Assembly: GCA_037445735.1 (NCBI GenBank)
Contig: JBBIJY010000020.1
Coordinates: forward strand, 1-54,641
Direction: 5' to 3'
Length of the DNA stretch: 54,641 bases
From: Armatimonadota bacterium
Lineage (GTDB): Bacteria > Armatimonadota > Fimbriimonadia > Fimbriimonadales > GBS-DC
Shown: piece by piece, positions 7,316-18,088 of the stretch
How positions within the stretch are numbered: position 1 is the first letter of the stretch
Layout: each line of letters begins with the position of its first letter
Translations under genes and position numbers: made by a program
The notes under the pieces: generated by a model
Seen by the model: only the letters and a program-made list of their open reading frames with translations
Told to the model about the DNA's origin: nothing
Database searches by the model: none

Positions 7316-10254
7316 GGGCGTGGGTGGTCGCGTGGCTGTTGAGCGGGCTGGGCGTGCTGACGCCTGCCGTCTGCCAGCAGGTGATGGTGCGCCCGGACCC
7401 CAATGCGCCCCTTGTCGCCCTCGAAATCTGGGTTCGGACAGGCAGCGCGAACGAGACCCGCGAGACTTCCGGCGCCGCGCACCTGCTGGAGCATCTTATC
7501 TTCAAAGGCACAGCCCGACACGCGCCGGGCGTGCTGGACGACACCATTGAATCGGCGGGCGGCATTCTGGAAGCCACCACCGAGCGCGACTGGACACGCT
7601 ATCGCGCGGCGGTGCTGCCCGACCGCTGGGAGCCGTGCCTGCGCATGCTGCTGCACCATCTGCTTCAGCCTGCTCTGCCCGAAGCCGAGCTGGAGCGCGA
7701 GCGCGCGATTATCTTGCAGGACGAATACGCGCTCCATCGGGCAGACCCGATTCGCACGGCACGCTACGCGCTCTATGAGAAGGCGTATGGCGAGCATCCC
7801 TACGCCCTGCCGCCGCTGGGCATTCCCGACACGCTGGCGAAGCTCACGCGCGAGCAGGTGCTGGCGTTCCATGCCCGCCACTATCGCCCCGAACGGATGG
7901 TGATTGTGGTGGTGGGGCGCGTGGAGCCAGCGCGCGTGCAGGCGGTGGTGCAGGAGGAAATCAGCAAGCCCCTCTCCCCCACTGGGGGAGAGGGTACGGG
8001 TGAGGGGGCTGTCTATCCTGTATCTGTGATCAACCCCTCACCCCAACCCTCTCCCCAGAGGGGAGAGGGAGCTAATCAGTCCCTCTCCCCCAGAAGGGGA
8101 GAGGGCGAACGAGCCTCTGAACCCCTCTCCCCCACTGGGGGAGAGGGTACGGGTGAGGGGGCTGATTTTCCTGCCGAGCTGATAGAACCCCTCACCCCAA
8201 CCCTCTCCCCAGAGGGGAGAGGGGGTTCAGATTCCCTCTCCCCCGCGTGCGGGGAAGAGGGTACGGGTGAGGGGGTAGAAGTTCAGCAGTCGGGCTGGCT
8301 GGCGCTGGGGGTCAAGGCGCCGCCCGCGAACCCGCCCGACGCGATGCTCGCAGCAGAGGTGGTGCGCCTCGCACTGGCGGAACCCTATCTCGGATTGCTC
8401 TATCAACCGCTGAATCACAGGCAGGATGCCCGTGCTACGGATACCCGCAACTGGCAGGGCGTGCCCTTTGTCTACCTGCAAAGCGAGTATATGCCCCGCC
8501 CGATTCAATCGCTGATGCTCTTCTTTTTCCAGCTGCCGCCCGATTCAGGCGATGAAGGCGTGCAGAAGCTGCGCGCGCACTGGCACGCATGCGTGCGCCA
8601 GATTGTTGAGGGCAGGGCGCGCTGGCAACTGGAGCGTGCAAAGGGATGGCTGATTGCCCGCCATCAGCAGGCGATGGCGAACCCGCTGGAGCGTGCGCGG
8701 CTGTACGCGCTTTACGCTACACTGGGGCTGCCCACCTTGCCCGATGAGTACCTTCCGCGCCTGCAATCGCTCTCTGTGGAGCAGATTGAGCAGGTGGCAC
8801 GCGGGATGCTGAACCCTTCCCTCACACTGGGGGAGAGGGAGTTCAAAAAGCCCCTCGCCCCCGCTGGGGGAGAGGGCGAACGAGTCTCTGAACCCCTCTC
8901 CCCCGCGTGCGGGGGAGAGGGTACGGGTGAGGGGGCACGGGGTGAGGAGACGGTCTATCGGCAGGTGCTGGCGAACGGCATGCGGGTGATTGCCCTGCGG
9001 CAGTCGGGCGCGAGGCAGGTGGTGATGCAGCTGCTGGTCGCTACAGGGCTGGACGCCGAGCGCGACTTCCCTGCAGGCACAGGCGAGCTGACCGCGCGCA
9101 TGCTGTTCACCGCCACCCACAACGAGACGCAGGCGACGATGGCGATGCGAATCGCACGCTCTGGCGGCGCACTGACGCTGAGCTGGGAGCCTGTGGGCGT
9201 GCGCATTCTTGCCGTCGCCGAGCCAGCCGCGCTGGAGAATGTGCTATCCCTGTTGCGGGAGGGGCTGACTCGCGCGGTGTTCGAGCCAGAAAGCTTGCGC
9301 CACGCGCTGCAGCTCGCCATTGCCGAACGCCAGCGCACCGACGGCACGCACGAGTTCTATCTCTATGACCAGCTGTTGCGCCAGCTGAACGGCGCGAGCG
9401 GTCTGTACGCGACCGCTGAGCAGCTCCAGCGCGTGCGACTGGAGCATATTCGCGCCTTCTATCGCCTTTATTACCGCCCTGAACGGTTCGTGTTTGTGAT
9501 TGCAGGCGATCTGCCCGTGGAGCGCCTGACGGAGCTGGTACAGCGGTACTTCGGCACGCTGGAGGGGACTCCCTCACCCCCTGCCCCCTCTCCCACGCTG
9601 TGGGAGAGGGGGTTCAGAAAGCCCCTCTCCCCCGCTGGGGGAGAGGGCGAACGAGTCTCTGAACCCCTCTCCCCCGCACGCGGGGGAGAGGGTACGGGTG
9701 AGAGGGCGTTTTATCCTGCTCCCCTGCACGCGGGTGCGAGAGTAGCAGTTGCTGCCTGTGGGGGCGGGGCGACGCTCTATCTGGGGTTCGGGCTGCGCGT
9801 GCAGGTGCGCACGCCTGCCGACTATGCCGTGCTGATGGTGTTGCACGCGCTGCTGTGCGAGGGCAAAGGCTCCGCGCTCTTTCAGCAGATGCGTCAGGCG
9901 CGGGGCGTCGGCTATGCGTTCGGCGGCGCGCCCCTCATGTGGCATGGCGACGGGCTGCTGCTGGGCTTCCTGCAGGTGGGCGCGAGCCGTGCCAGCCAGC
10001 AGCAAGAGCTGTTGAACGCGCTGCAGACGCTGGCGACGCTCAAAGAGATCGACCCGAACGCCTTTCGGCGGGCGGTCGCACTGGCGGAGGGGCGCTGGCG
10101 GCTTGCCCGCCTCGATATCGTTGAGCGCACGCGCCGACTCGCCCTCGCTGAAGTTAGCGGGGTCGGGTATCATGCGGAGGAGCAGCTGCCCGACTGGCTC
10201 CAGAAACTGGATCGGGCAAGCGTGCTGACCGACGCCTCGCAGGGCGCACCGTGA
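7312..10254 (+). CDS. M16 (pitrilysin) family zinc peptidase, two fused units, with in-frame palindromic repeat inserts
   Basis: GAAHLLEHLIFKG (HxxEH) and HYRPERMVIVVVG. The second unit (LANGMRV...YYRPERFVFVIAGD) lacks HxxEH. GTG 7312 overlaps the upstream stop. Confidence 0.9.
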   Translation: MRAWVVAWLLSGLGVLTPAVCQQVMVRPDPNAPLVALEIWVRTGSANETRETSGAAHLLEHLIFKGTARHAPGVLDDTIESAGGILEATTERDWTRYRAAVLPDRWEPCLRMLLHHLLQPALPEAELERERAIILQDEYALHRADPIRTARYALYEKAYGEHPYALPPLGIPDTLAKLTREQVLAFHARHYRPERMVIVVVGRVEPARVQAVVQEEISKPLSPTGGEGTGEGAVYPVSVINPSPQPSPQRGEGANQSLSPRRGEGERASEPLSPTGGEGTGEGADFPAELIEPLTPTLSPEGRGGSDSLSPACGEEGTGEGVEVQQSGWLALGVKAPPANPPDAMLAAEVVRLALAEPYLGLLYQPLNHRQDARATDTRNWQGVPFVYLQSEYMPRPIQSLMLFFFQLPPDSGDEGVQKLRAHWHACVRQIVEGRARWQLERAKGWLIARHQQAMANPLERARLYALYATLGLPTLPDEYLPRLQSLSVEQIEQVARGMLNPSLTLGEREFKKPLAPAGGEGERVSEPLSPACGGEGTGEGARGEETVYRQVLANGMRVIALRQSGARQVVMQLLVATGLDAERDFPAGTGELTARMLFTATHNETQATMAMRIARSGGALTLSWEPVGVRILAVAEPAALENVLSLLREGLTRAVFEPESLRHALQLAIAERQRTDGTHEFYLYDQLLRQLNGASGLYATAEQLQRVRLEHIRAFYRLYYRPERFVFVIAGDLPVERLTELVQRYFGTLEGTPSPPAPSPTLWERGFRKPLSPAGGEGERVSEPLSPARGGEGTGERAFYPAPLHAGARVAVAACGGGATLYLGFGLRVQVRTPADYAVLMVLHALLCEGKGSALFQQMRQARGVGYAFGGAPLMWHGDGLLLGFLQVGASRASQQQELLNALQTLATLKEIDPNAFRRAVALAEGRWRLARLDIVERTRRLALAEVSGVGYHAEEQLPDWLQKLDRASVLTDASQGAP
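7966..8276. repeat. Palindromic CCCTCTCCCC..GGGGAGAGGG repeat cluster, in frame in the M16 peptidase
   Basis: Several hairpins translated as PLSPTGGEGTGEG, PSPQPSPQRGEG and PLTPTLSPEGRG. Confidence 0.92.
8812..8936. repeat. Palindromic repeat cluster, in frame in the M16 peptidase
   Basis: Encodes KPLAPAGGEGERVSEPLSPACGGEGTGEG; near-identical to 9619-9707 and intergenic 12049-12136. Confidence 0.92.
9571..9707. repeat. Palindromic repeat cluster, in frame in the M16 peptidase
   Basis: Encodes PSPPAPSPTLWERGFRKPLSPAGGEGERVSEPLSPARGGEGTGE. Confidence 0.92.
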
Positions 10255-10308
10255 GCCGTGCCCCGGCACAGGTTCCAGCATGCCCCGATACGGGATGGTT
10301 GAACGCAA

Positions 10309-12021
10309 ATGGGACACACAGCAACGACCCTCGTGGAGACGATCCTGCTGGTAATCGGCGTCAGCATACTGGTGGTGGCGCTGTTCCAGCGGTTGCGCGT
10401 GCCTGCAATAGTGGGGTTTATCCTGACGGGCGTGCTGATCGGTCCGCACGGGCTGGGCTGGGTCACGGAGGCGGAGACCATCCAGCTGCTGGCGGAGATG
10501 GGTGTGGTGCTGCTGCTCTTTTCGCTGGGGGTGGAGTTCTCCATCGAGCGGCTGATCCAGTTGCGCCACTATGTGTTGCGGGCGGGGCTGGCGCAGGTCG
10601 CGCTCACGATTGCCCTCTGCACGCTGGGCGCGCTCCTGCTGGGCTATGCGTTCGCGCAGGCGCTCGCGCTGGGCATGATTATCAGCCTCAGCAGCACGGC
10701 GGTCGGCGTGAAACTGCTCAAGCAGCGCGAGGAGCTGGACAGCACGCATGGGCGGATGGCGGTCGGCGTGTTGCTGTTGCAGGATGTGATGGCGCCGCTG
10801 TTTATGGCGATGCTGCCCTTTCTGGCGAAGACGGGTTCGCTCAGCGCGACGGCGATTGCGGGGCGGATGGCGCTGATTCTGCTGGGCGTGCTGGCAGTCT
10901 ATTTGATGGCGCGGGCGCTGGTGCCGCTCGTGTTGCGCTGGCTGATGGCGTCCGACACGCGCGAGCTGCCCGTGCTGGGTTCGCTCTTTATCGCGCTGCT
11001 GATGAGCTTCATCACGCAGCGGCTGGGGCTGTCGCCCGCGCTCGGCGCGTTCGTGGCGGGCATCATCATCGCGGAGACGCCCTATAGCCATCAGATTACC
11101 GCCAATATCGTGCCGTTCCGTGACAGTTTCCTCGCCCTCTTCTTCATCTCGGTGGGGCTGCTGGTGAACCTGCCTCACCTGATGCGGAGCGGCTGGCAGA
11201 TTATCGGCTGGACGGTGCTGTTGCTGCTGCTCAAATGGGCAATTGTGGTGCTGGTGGCGTATTTTTCGCGGCGTCCGTTGCGCGTCGGGCTGATTGCAGG
11301 CGCCCTGCTGGCGAACATCGGCGAGTTCTCCTTCGTGCTGATTGATCAGGCGCAGACGCTGTTGCCCGCCGAGCTGGTTCAGGGGCTGATTGTGGGCACC
11401 TCGCTCAGCATCCTGCTCACGCCCATCCTGCTGGCGGCGACCTATCGCCTCACGCTGTACGCCACAGGGCACTTCGAGCTGATTGAACGCATCGGACGGC
11501 ACCCGGAGCCACCGCTGAAAGACCATGTGATTATTGTGGGCTACGGGCTGAACGGGCGCAATCTGGCGAATGTGTTGCGCGAGCTGGATGTGCCCTTCGT
11601 GGTGGTGGAGCTGAACGGTGCGCTGGTGCGCGAGGCACAGAAGCAGGGCATCCCGGTGGTGTACGGCGACGCGGCGAACCCCGACATCCTGAAAGCGGCG
11701 GGCATCCGTCAGGCGCGGGCGGTCGTGCTGGCGATGTCCGACCCCATCAGCACGCGCTATGCGGTGCGCACCGCCCGCGAGCTGAACCCGACGGTCTATC
11801 TGGTCGCCCGCACGCGGTACCTGACGGAGATTGAGCCGCTCTATGCAGCAGGCGCGACCGATGTGATCCCCGAAGAGTTTGAGGCGTTCGTGGAGATTGC
11901 CGACCGCATCATGCAGATGCTGGGCGTGGACGAGTCGGCGCGTCAGGAGGTGATCCACGCCTGCCGCGCCCGCCACTACAAAATGCTCCAAGAAACCCGC
12001 GAAGGGCTGTTCGCGAATTAA
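10309..12021 (+). CDS. CPA2/KefC-type cation:proton antiporter with C-terminal TrkA-N domain
   Basis: Many TM segments; GVLLLQD, LGAFVAG, FFISVG and IGEFSFV; C-terminal HVIIVGYGLNG...YGDA. Confidence 0.92.
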   Translation: MGHTATTLVETILLVIGVSILVVALFQRLRVPAIVGFILTGVLIGPHGLGWVTEAETIQLLAEMGVVLLLFSLGVEFSIERLIQLRHYVLRAGLAQVALTIALCTLGALLLGYAFAQALALGMIISLSSTAVGVKLLKQREELDSTHGRMAVGVLLLQDVMAPLFMAMLPFLAKTGSLSATAIAGRMALILLGVLAVYLMARALVPLVLRWLMASDTRELPVLGSLFIALLMSFITQRLGLSPALGAFVAGIIIAETPYSHQITANIVPFRDSFLALFFISVGLLVNLPHLMRSGWQIIGWTVLLLLLKWAIVVLVAYFSRRPLRVGLIAGALLANIGEFSFVLIDQAQTLLPAELVQGLIVGTSLSILLTPILLAATYRLTLYATGHFELIERIGRHPEPPLKDHVIIVGYGLNGRNLANVLRELDVPFVVVELNGALVREAQKQGIPVVYGDAANPDILKAAGIRQARAVVLAMSDPISTRYAVRTARELNPTVYLVARTRYLTEIEPLYAAGATDVIPEEFEAFVEIADRIMQMLGVDESARQEVIHACRARHYKMLQETREGLFAN

Positions 12022-12048
12022 TTCCCCGTAGGGGAATGGGAGAAATTT

Positions 12049-12248
12049 AGCCCCTCTCCCCCTCTGGGGGAGAGGGCGAACGAGTCTCTGAACCCCTCTC
12101 CCCCGCAAGCGGGGGAGAGGGTACGGGTGAGGGGGCTAAGCCGCGCACGCTGGTGGAAAACCCCTCACCCCAACCCTCTCCCCAGCGGGGAGAGGGAGTT
12201 CATCAGCCCCTCTCCCCCTTTGGGAGCGAGAGGGTACAGATGAGGGGA
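12049..12248. repeat. Intergenic palindromic repeat cluster (same family)
   Basis: Four CCCTCTCCCC..GGGAGAGGG hairpins with GGTACGGGTGAGGGG and CCCCTCACCCCAA arms. Confidence 0.9.
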
Positions 12249-12259
12249 TTGACCAGAAA

Positions 12260-12937
12260 ATGGCAGGGCAAACTTTGCTGGCGATTGAGTCGACCGGCGC
12301 GCTCTGCGGTGTTGCGCTGGTGCAGGACGGCGCATTGCTGGGCAGCGTTCGGCTGCGGCACGGGCTGAACCTGTCGGGCAATCTCCTGCACGCGACGGAG
12401 TGGCTGCTGGGGCGGCACGCGCTGCGCCTGCAGGCGGTGGACGCCTTCGCCGTGGATGTGGGACCTGGCTCCTTCACGGGGCTGAAGATAGGCGTGATGC
12501 TTGCTAAAACATGGGCGCACGCGCTGGAGAGGTCGCTGGTGGCGGTGTCGGCGTTCGAGGCGTGCGCGGCGCTGGCGCCAGCGGGCGTCGCGCTGCTCGT
12601 CGCGCTACCCGCCCGACGCGACGCGCTCTACCTGCAGCGGTTCAACCCCACCAGCGAACCCGCGATGGTCAAGCAGGCTCATCTTGCCGACTGGCTGGAG
12701 CGCACGGGCGCGCAAGCGCAGTCGCCGCTGATGGTGATGGGCACGGCTCAGGCGTGGGACTGGCTTCAGCCGCTGTTGCCCGACGCGCTCTGGCTGCCGA
12801 CGGAGTGCCCCGACCCTGCAGGCGTGGCGCAGGTCGGCTGGCAACGCCTGCAAAAGGGCGAGACCGTACATCCCTTCAGCCTGACCCCGCTCTATATCCA
12901 GCCGCCTTCCATCACCCTGCCGTGCCAGCGGTCGTAG
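12260..12937 (+). CDS. tsaB: t6A biosynthesis protein TsaB
   Basis: LLAIEST, VDVGPGSFTGLKIG, ARRD, LTPLYI. Confidence 0.92.
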   Translation: MAGQTLLAIESTGALCGVALVQDGALLGSVRLRHGLNLSGNLLHATEWLLGRHALRLQAVDAFAVDVGPGSFTGLKIGVMLAKTWAHALERSLVAVSAFEACAALAPAGVALLVALPARRDALYLQRFNPTSEPAMVKQAHLADWLERTGAQAQSPLMVMGTAQAWDWLQPLLPDALWLPTECPDPAGVAQVGWQRLQKGETVHPFSLTPLYIQPPSITLPCQRS

Positions 12938-12953
12938 CACGGGCGTCCCGCCC
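12934..12953. repeat. GTAG-type REP-like palindrome (second family)
   Basis: GTAGCACGGGCGTCCCGCCC; its reverse complement matches 8419-8438 at 17/20. Related elements lie at 17910-17938 and 41093-41140. Confidence 0.6.
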
Positions 12954-12984
12954 ATAAGCCCCAGAGGGTATACTCGCTAACGCT

Positions 12985-13815
12985 ATGCCAGGCAAAACCC
13001 TGTCGAAGGCAGTCCGAGCATCGAGAGCGCGCACCCGCCTGCCCAAAACGGCAGCCGCGGAGACCTCCCCATACGACCCTGACCTGGACGCAATCATCGA
13101 GCATGCGCGAAACATCGAACTGATAGAGGAGGACGGCGAGCTATTGGAAAGCGACTGGCATGTCAAACAGATTCATCTGCTGGACGAAATCGTGCGTCAG
13201 CATCTGGGCGACCCGCAAAACTACTTCTGTGGCGGCAATATGTTCATCTACTACAGCACAGCTCAGGCGGATGCTGTGCGGGAGAACCGCGCCGCGTTCA
13301 AAGGTCCCGACTTCTTCCTGGTGCGTGGTGTGGACGGTCGCAAGCCGCGTCCGTACTGGGTGGCATGGCAAGAGGACGGGCACTATCCCGATCTGGTGGT
13401 GGAGCTGGTATCGCGCAAGACGGCTCGCAAGGACAAGCAGGAGAATCTTGAGTTCTACGCGCGGGTATTGCGCGTGCCCGAGTATTTCTGGTATGACCCC
13501 GATCAGGATGAGCTGCGCGGTTTTCGGCTCGATGTGGCGCGGGGCGTGTATGAGCCGATAGAGCCGAACGAGCAGGGCTGGCTCTGGAGCGCGGTGCTGG
13601 AGGCGTACTGGGGCACATGGGATGGCGAGTATAACGGTCGGCGGTATCGCTGGGTGCGCCTCTATCGCGCCGATGGCAGCCTTGTGCCGACCAAAGAGGA
13701 GCTGGTCGCCCAGGAACGCCAGCGTGCCGAGCAGGAACGCCAGCGTGCCGAGCAAGCCGAAGCCGAACTGCAGCGGCTCAGGCAACTGCTGCGTGAGAAG
13801 GGTATCGAACTGTGA
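12985..13815 (+). CDS. Uma2 (DUF820) family PD-(D/E)xK-like protein
   Basis: ESDWH, GNMFIYY, GPDFFLV, PDLVVELVS and VPEYFWYDP; coiled tail with QERQRAE x2 (21-bp tandem repeat 13711-13752). Confidence 0.9.
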   Translation: MPGKTLSKAVRASRARTRLPKTAAAETSPYDPDLDAIIEHARNIELIEEDGELLESDWHVKQIHLLDEIVRQHLGDPQNYFCGGNMFIYYSTAQADAVRENRAAFKGPDFFLVRGVDGRKPRPYWVAWQEDGHYPDLVVELVSRKTARKDKQENLEFYARVLRVPEYFWYDPDQDELRGFRLDVARGVYEPIEPNEQGWLWSAVLEAYWGTWDGEYNGRRYRWVRLYRADGSLVPTKEELVAQERQRAEQERQRAEQAEAELQRLRQLLREKGIEL

Positions 13816-14717
13816 GCATGGAGCCGAAGCCGACCGTCGGGTTCATCGGACTGGGCATCATGGGGCGCCCGATGGCGCGCCATATCCTGCAGGCGGGCTA
13901 TCCGCTGATGGTGCACAGTCGCAGTCGCCCGCCGATCGAAAGCCTTGTAGCCGAAGGCGCGCGGGAGGCGCGTTCCCCTGCGGAGCTGGCGGCGCAGTGC
14001 GACTGCGTGATTACCTGCCTGCCCGACGATGCAACCGTGCGCCAGGTGTGGTGGACAGGTGAGAACGCTGCCCTGCCCGCAATGCGACCCGGCACGCTTG
14101 CCATCGACATGGGCACAACCTCGCCCAGCCTCACGCAGGAGTTAGCTGCCGTTGCCTGGCAGCGCGGGGTGTATTTCCTCGACGCGCCCGTCACAGGCGG
14201 GCAGTGGGGCGCCGAAGCGGGCACACTGACTATCATGGTCGGTGGTGAACCGACCGCCTATGAGCGCGCCCTGCCCATCCTGCAGGCGATGGGCAAAAAG
14301 ATTGTGCATGTCGGCGAGAGCGGCAAAGGGCAACTGATGAAACTCGCCAACCAGATTGCCGTCGCAATCGGCATTCTGGCGGTGGCGGAATCGCTGCTGT
14401 TCGCGGAGCAGGCAGGGCTGGACCTGAACCAGACCATCGAAGTGCTGAGTTCGGGCGCGGCAGGCTCCTGGGCGATGGAGAACCTGGGACGACGGATCGC
14501 CCAGCGCGATTTTGAACCCGGCTTTATGGTGCAACTGCAACAGAAAGACCTGCAGATGGTGCTGGACGAAGCGCGTCGGAGCCAGCTGCCACTGCTGGGC
14601 ACTGCGCTGGTGAACCAGCTCTATCGCCACCTGGAGCGCACGGGCGAGCAGCGGCTCGGCACCCAGGCGCTCATACTGGTGCTGGAGCGCCTCGCAGGCG
14701 TGCAGAAAGTGAAGTAG
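13812..14717 (+). CDS. NAD(P)-dependent beta-hydroxyacid dehydrogenase (3-hydroxyisobutyrate/tartronate semialdehyde reductase family)
   Basis: [38 protein letters not shown]. Confidence 0.9.
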   Translation: MSMEPKPTVGFIGLGIMGRPMARHILQAGYPLMVHSRSRPPIESLVAEGAREARSPAELAAQCDCVITCLPDDATVRQVWWTGENAALPAMRPGTLAIDMGTTSPSLTQELAAVAWQRGVYFLDAPVTGGQWGAEAGTLTIMVGGEPTAYERALPILQAMGKKIVHVGESGKGQLMKLANQIAVAIGILAVAESLLFAEQAGLDLNQTIEVLSSGAAGSWAMENLGRRIAQRDFEPGFMVQLQQKDLQMVLDEARRSQLPLLGTALVNQLYRHLERTGEQRLGTQALILVLERLAGVQKVK

Positions 14718-14760
14718 CCAGCGGGTATCCTATGGAATAGCCCCACGAGTGGAGGGAACG

Positions 14761-17700
14761 ATGATTGTCAGAGAGTGGCTGAGAAAATGGCTGGACACAA
14801 CCGAGCGCGACATCAAACGCATGAAGCCCATCGTCGCTAAGATCAACGCGCTCGAACCCGAAATGCAGCAGCTGTCCAACGAGCAGCTGCGCGCCAAAAC
14901 GGACGAATTCAAAAAGCGGCTGCAGGACGGCGAGACACTGGACGACATTTTGCCCGAAGCGTTCGCGGTGGTGCGGGAAGCGGCTCGCCGCACGCTGAAC
15001 ATGCGCCATTTCGATGTGCAGCTGATGGGGGGTATCGTGCTGCATCAGGGGCGCATCGCCGAGATGAAAACGGGTGAGGGCAAAACGCTCGTCGCGACGC
15101 TCCCGCTTTACCTTAACGCGCTGGAGGGCAAAGGCGTCCATCTGGTCACGGTCAACGACTATCTGGCACGGCGCGACGCCGTGTGGATGGGACCCATCTA
15201 CCACCTGCTCGGCTTGACCGTGGGCGTGATTCAGGGGCGCAGCGCGGAAAGCGACGAACTCGGCGGCTCCTATCTCTATGAACCCGGCTACCAGCACCCC
15301 GACCCGCGCTACCTGCACCTGCGCGAAATCAGCCGCAAAGAGGCATACGCCTGCGACATCACCTACGGCACCAACCACGAGTTCGCCTTCGACTACCTGC
15401 GCGATAATATGGTCTACTCGGTCGACGAACTCGTGCAGCGCGAGCTGAACTACGCCATCATCGACGAGGTCGATAGCATCCTCATCGATGAGGCGCGCAC
15501 GCCCCACATTATCTCCGGGCAGGTGGAAGAAGATGTCAACATCTACTATCGCATCGATTCGTATGTGCGGCGGCTTCAGCCAGGGCGCGACTACACTGTC
15601 GACGAGAAGCACCACGCTGTCACGCTCACCGAAGAGGGCACCGAGCGACTGGAGCAGATGATGGGCATCCCGAACCTCGCCGATGAAGTGGAGCTGATGC
15701 CCTACATCAACGCCGCGCTCAAAGCGCACGGGCTGTTCAAACGCGATGTGCATTATGTGGTGCGCAACGGCGAGATTATTATCGTGGACGAGTTCACAGG
15801 GCGCCTGATGCACGGGCGACGCTACAGCGACGGATTGCACCAGGCGATCGAAGCCAAAGAGGGCGTGCCCATCAAACAGGAAAGCCAGACCATCGCCGTC
15901 GTCACCTTCCAGAACTACTTCCGACTCTACAAAAAGCTGGCGGGCATGACAGGCACCGCCAAGACCGAAGAGGAGGAGTTCCGCAAGATTTATGGCATGG
16001 ATGTGGTGGTCATCCCCACGCACCGCCCGATGATCCGAATCGATCATCCCGATGTGGTCTACAAGACGATGGAAGCCAAGCTGCGCGGCATCGCGATGGA
16101 GATTCTGCGCCTGTACACCAAACAGCAGCCTGTGCTGGTGGGCACGCGCTCCATCGAGATGTCGGAGGTGGTCTCCAGCCGAATCACTTTCGACAAGCTC
16201 CAGCTGCTGGTCTTAATCGAGCGCATTCGGCACGCGCTGGAGGAGCGCAAAGATATACCGAAACAGCAGAAGGAGGAGTGGCGCAAGACGCTGTTGATGC
16301 CGTTGCCCTCGCTTTCGATGCGCCAGATTGCGCCCATCTGCCGCGCGCTGGAGCTGCCGACCGACCCCCTGCACGAGTCGCACCTGAGCTGGCTGCTGGA
16401 GAAGTGGGGGCTGCCCGCCGGGAACCGTGTCTACCTGCAGGAGGCGCTCGAACACGGCATCCCGCACAATGTGCTGAACGCCAAATATCACGAGAAGGAA
16501 GCGCTGATCATCGCCGAAGCGGGTCGCAAGGGCGCGGTGACAATCGCCACCAACATGGCGGGTCGCGGCGTGGACATCCTGCTGGGCGGCTCGGTGGTCA
16601 AAAAGGAGCCGCCCGATTCGACCAGCGACGCCGATTCGACCGATCAGCCCGAGGGAGGTGCGCCGGTTGAGGAGCTGTCGTTCCGTCGGGGTGGCAGGGT
16701 TCGCGCCGCGCCGCCGCTGCCCCTCTCGGAGCAGGAGCGCTCCGCCGCCGCCGAAGAGGTGCGCCAACTCGGCGGGCTGTTCATTCTCGGCACCGAACGC
16801 CACGAGAGCCGCCGCATCGATAACCAGCTGCGCGGACGTGCCGGACGACAGGGCGACCCGGGCGAATCGCGCTTCTTCATCTCGCTGGAAGACGAGCTGA
16901 TCCGCCTGTTCGGTGAGAACCTGCGCAACAGCCCGCTGCTGCGCACCTGGCCCGAGGATGAGCCGCTCGAAGCCCGGGTGCTGAGCCGCGCCATCGAGGG
17001 CGCCCAGAAACGCGTGGAACTGCACAACTTCTCCATCCGCAAGCATGTGTTGCAGTATGACGATGTGCTCAACAATCAGCGCCTGCACATCTATCGCATG
17101 CGGCGGCGGATCCTGGAAGGGCACGACCTGCGTGAAACCGCGCTGGAGTTCGCTCGCCAGACGGTGGTGGATGTGATCGACGAGTTCGCCCCGCGCAACC
17201 AGCCACCCACCGAGTGGGACCTGCAGGGACTGTACCAGCGGCTCAACACTATCTTCCCGCTGGAGTTCTTCGTCAAGCCGAACGACTTCCAGTTCGCCCG
17301 CTACGATGAACTGGTTCACAGGGTTCAGGAATGGGTTCAGCAAGCCTACGAGATGCGCGAGCAGGAGCTGACCCCTGACATCATGCGCGAACTGGAACGC
17401 TACTTCATGCTGCATGTGATCACGCGCAAGTGGGTGGAACATCTGGCGTCGATGGAATACCTGCGCGAGGGCATCGGGCTGCGCGGCTACGGGCAGATCG
17501 ACCCGCTGGTGGCTTACAAGCAGGAATCGGCGCAGATTTTCGCCGAGACGCTCCGCAGTATCCGCAACGAGGTGGTGCTGTACCTGTTCCATGCGCAGGT
17601 GGTGCCGCCCCAGCCGCGTCAGGTCATCCGCCTCGACGCCGCCGACGGCAACCTCGCCACAGGAGTGGCAACCGCCTCACGCGGCATCCAGCGTCTGGAC

Positions 17701-17811
17701 GGCGCCGACGGCTCCCAGCAGCGCACCAGCGGCAAGGTCGGACGCAACGACCCGTGCCCCTGCGGAAGCGGCAAGAAGTACAAAAAGTGCTGCTACCCGA
17801 AATATGGTTGA
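14761..17811 (+). CDS. secA: Preprotein translocase subunit SecA
   Basis: [48 protein letters not shown] and C-terminal [18 protein letters not shown]. Confidence 0.98.
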   Translation: MIVREWLRKWLDTTERDIKRMKPIVAKINALEPEMQQLSNEQLRAKTDEFKKRLQDGETLDDILPEAFAVVREAARRTLNMRHFDVQLMGGIVLHQGRIAEMKTGEGKTLVATLPLYLNALEGKGVHLVTVNDYLARRDAVWMGPIYHLLGLTVGVIQGRSAESDELGGSYLYEPGYQHPDPRYLHLREISRKEAYACDITYGTNHEFAFDYLRDNMVYSVDELVQRELNYAIIDEVDSILIDEARTPHIISGQVEEDVNIYYRIDSYVRRLQPGRDYTVDEKHHAVTLTEEGTERLEQMMGIPNLADEVELMPYINAALKAHGLFKRDVHYVVRNGEIIIVDEFTGRLMHGRRYSDGLHQAIEAKEGVPIKQESQTIAVVTFQNYFRLYKKLAGMTGTAKTEEEEFRKIYGMDVVVIPTHRPMIRIDHPDVVYKTMEAKLRGIAMEILRLYTKQQPVLVGTRSIEMSEVVSSRITFDKLQLLVLIERIRHALEERKDIPKQQKEEWRKTLLMPLPSLSMRQIAPICRALELPTDPLHESHLSWLLEKWGLPAGNRVYLQEALEHGIPHNVLNAKYHEKEALIIAEAGRKGAVTIATNMAGRGVDILLGGSVVKKEPPDSTSDADSTDQPEGGAPVEELSFRRGGRVRAAPPLPLSEQERSAAAEEVRQLGGLFILGTERHESRRIDNQLRGRAGRQGDPGESRFFISLEDELIRLFGENLRNSPLLRTWPEDEPLEARVLSRAIEGAQKRVELHNFSIRKHVLQYDDVLNNQRLHIYRMRRRILEGHDLRETALEFARQTVVDVIDEFAPRNQPPTEWDLQGLYQRLNTIFPLEFFVKPNDFQFARYDELVHRVQEWVQQAYEMREQELTPDIMRELERYFMLHVITRKWVEHLASMEYLREGIGLRGYGQIDPLVAYKQESAQIFAETLRSIRNEVVLYLFHAQVVPPQPRQVIRLDAADGNLATGVATASRGIQRLDGADGSQQRTSGKVGRNDPCPCGSGKKYKKCCYPKYG

Positions 17812-17909
17812 CTTTGCCCGTTGCGGCATGGGCGTCCCACCCGGGTTCACCCCGCCACCGTCGCCCGCGCCGGGTCCAACCATGCGCCCCACGATACCCC
17901 TGATACCCT

Positions 17910-18051
17910 GTTAGGGGCGCACGACCGTGCGCCCTTACTTACCGTTTCTCCAGTTTGCTCCTGTCTGGCAATAGCGGTTCCAACCTGGGGCGCGTTCGGG
18001 AGCAGGTGTTAGCCCCCTCACCTGTACCCTCTCCCCCGCTGGGGAGAGGGT
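17910..18051. repeat. Intergenic REP-like palindromes of both families
   Basis: GTTAGGGGCGCACG-AC-CGTGCGCCCTTAC (17910-17938) and CCCCTCACCTGTACCCTCTCCCCCGCTGGGGAGAGGG (~18014-18050). Confidence 0.75.
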
Positions 18052-18088
18052 TTTAAAAGCGGGTATCATTCGCCTGTAGAGCCAGGCG

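Noticed and set aside
9574-12108. 844-aa minus-strand ORF
   Set aside because: It is an antisense shadow of the antiporter and M16 genes, expected from GC-rich codon bias, and has no family motifs.
13711-13752. 21-bp tandem repeat as a regulatory or contingency repeat
   Set aside because: It is an in-frame QERQRAE coiled-coil repeat, usual in Uma2-family tails.
16186-16445. Intein in SecA
   Set aside because: There is no terminal His-Asn followed by Cys/Ser/Thr and no recognisable splicing blocks.
14671-17592. 458-aa and 459-aa minus-strand ORFs
   Set aside because: Both are antisense to secA.
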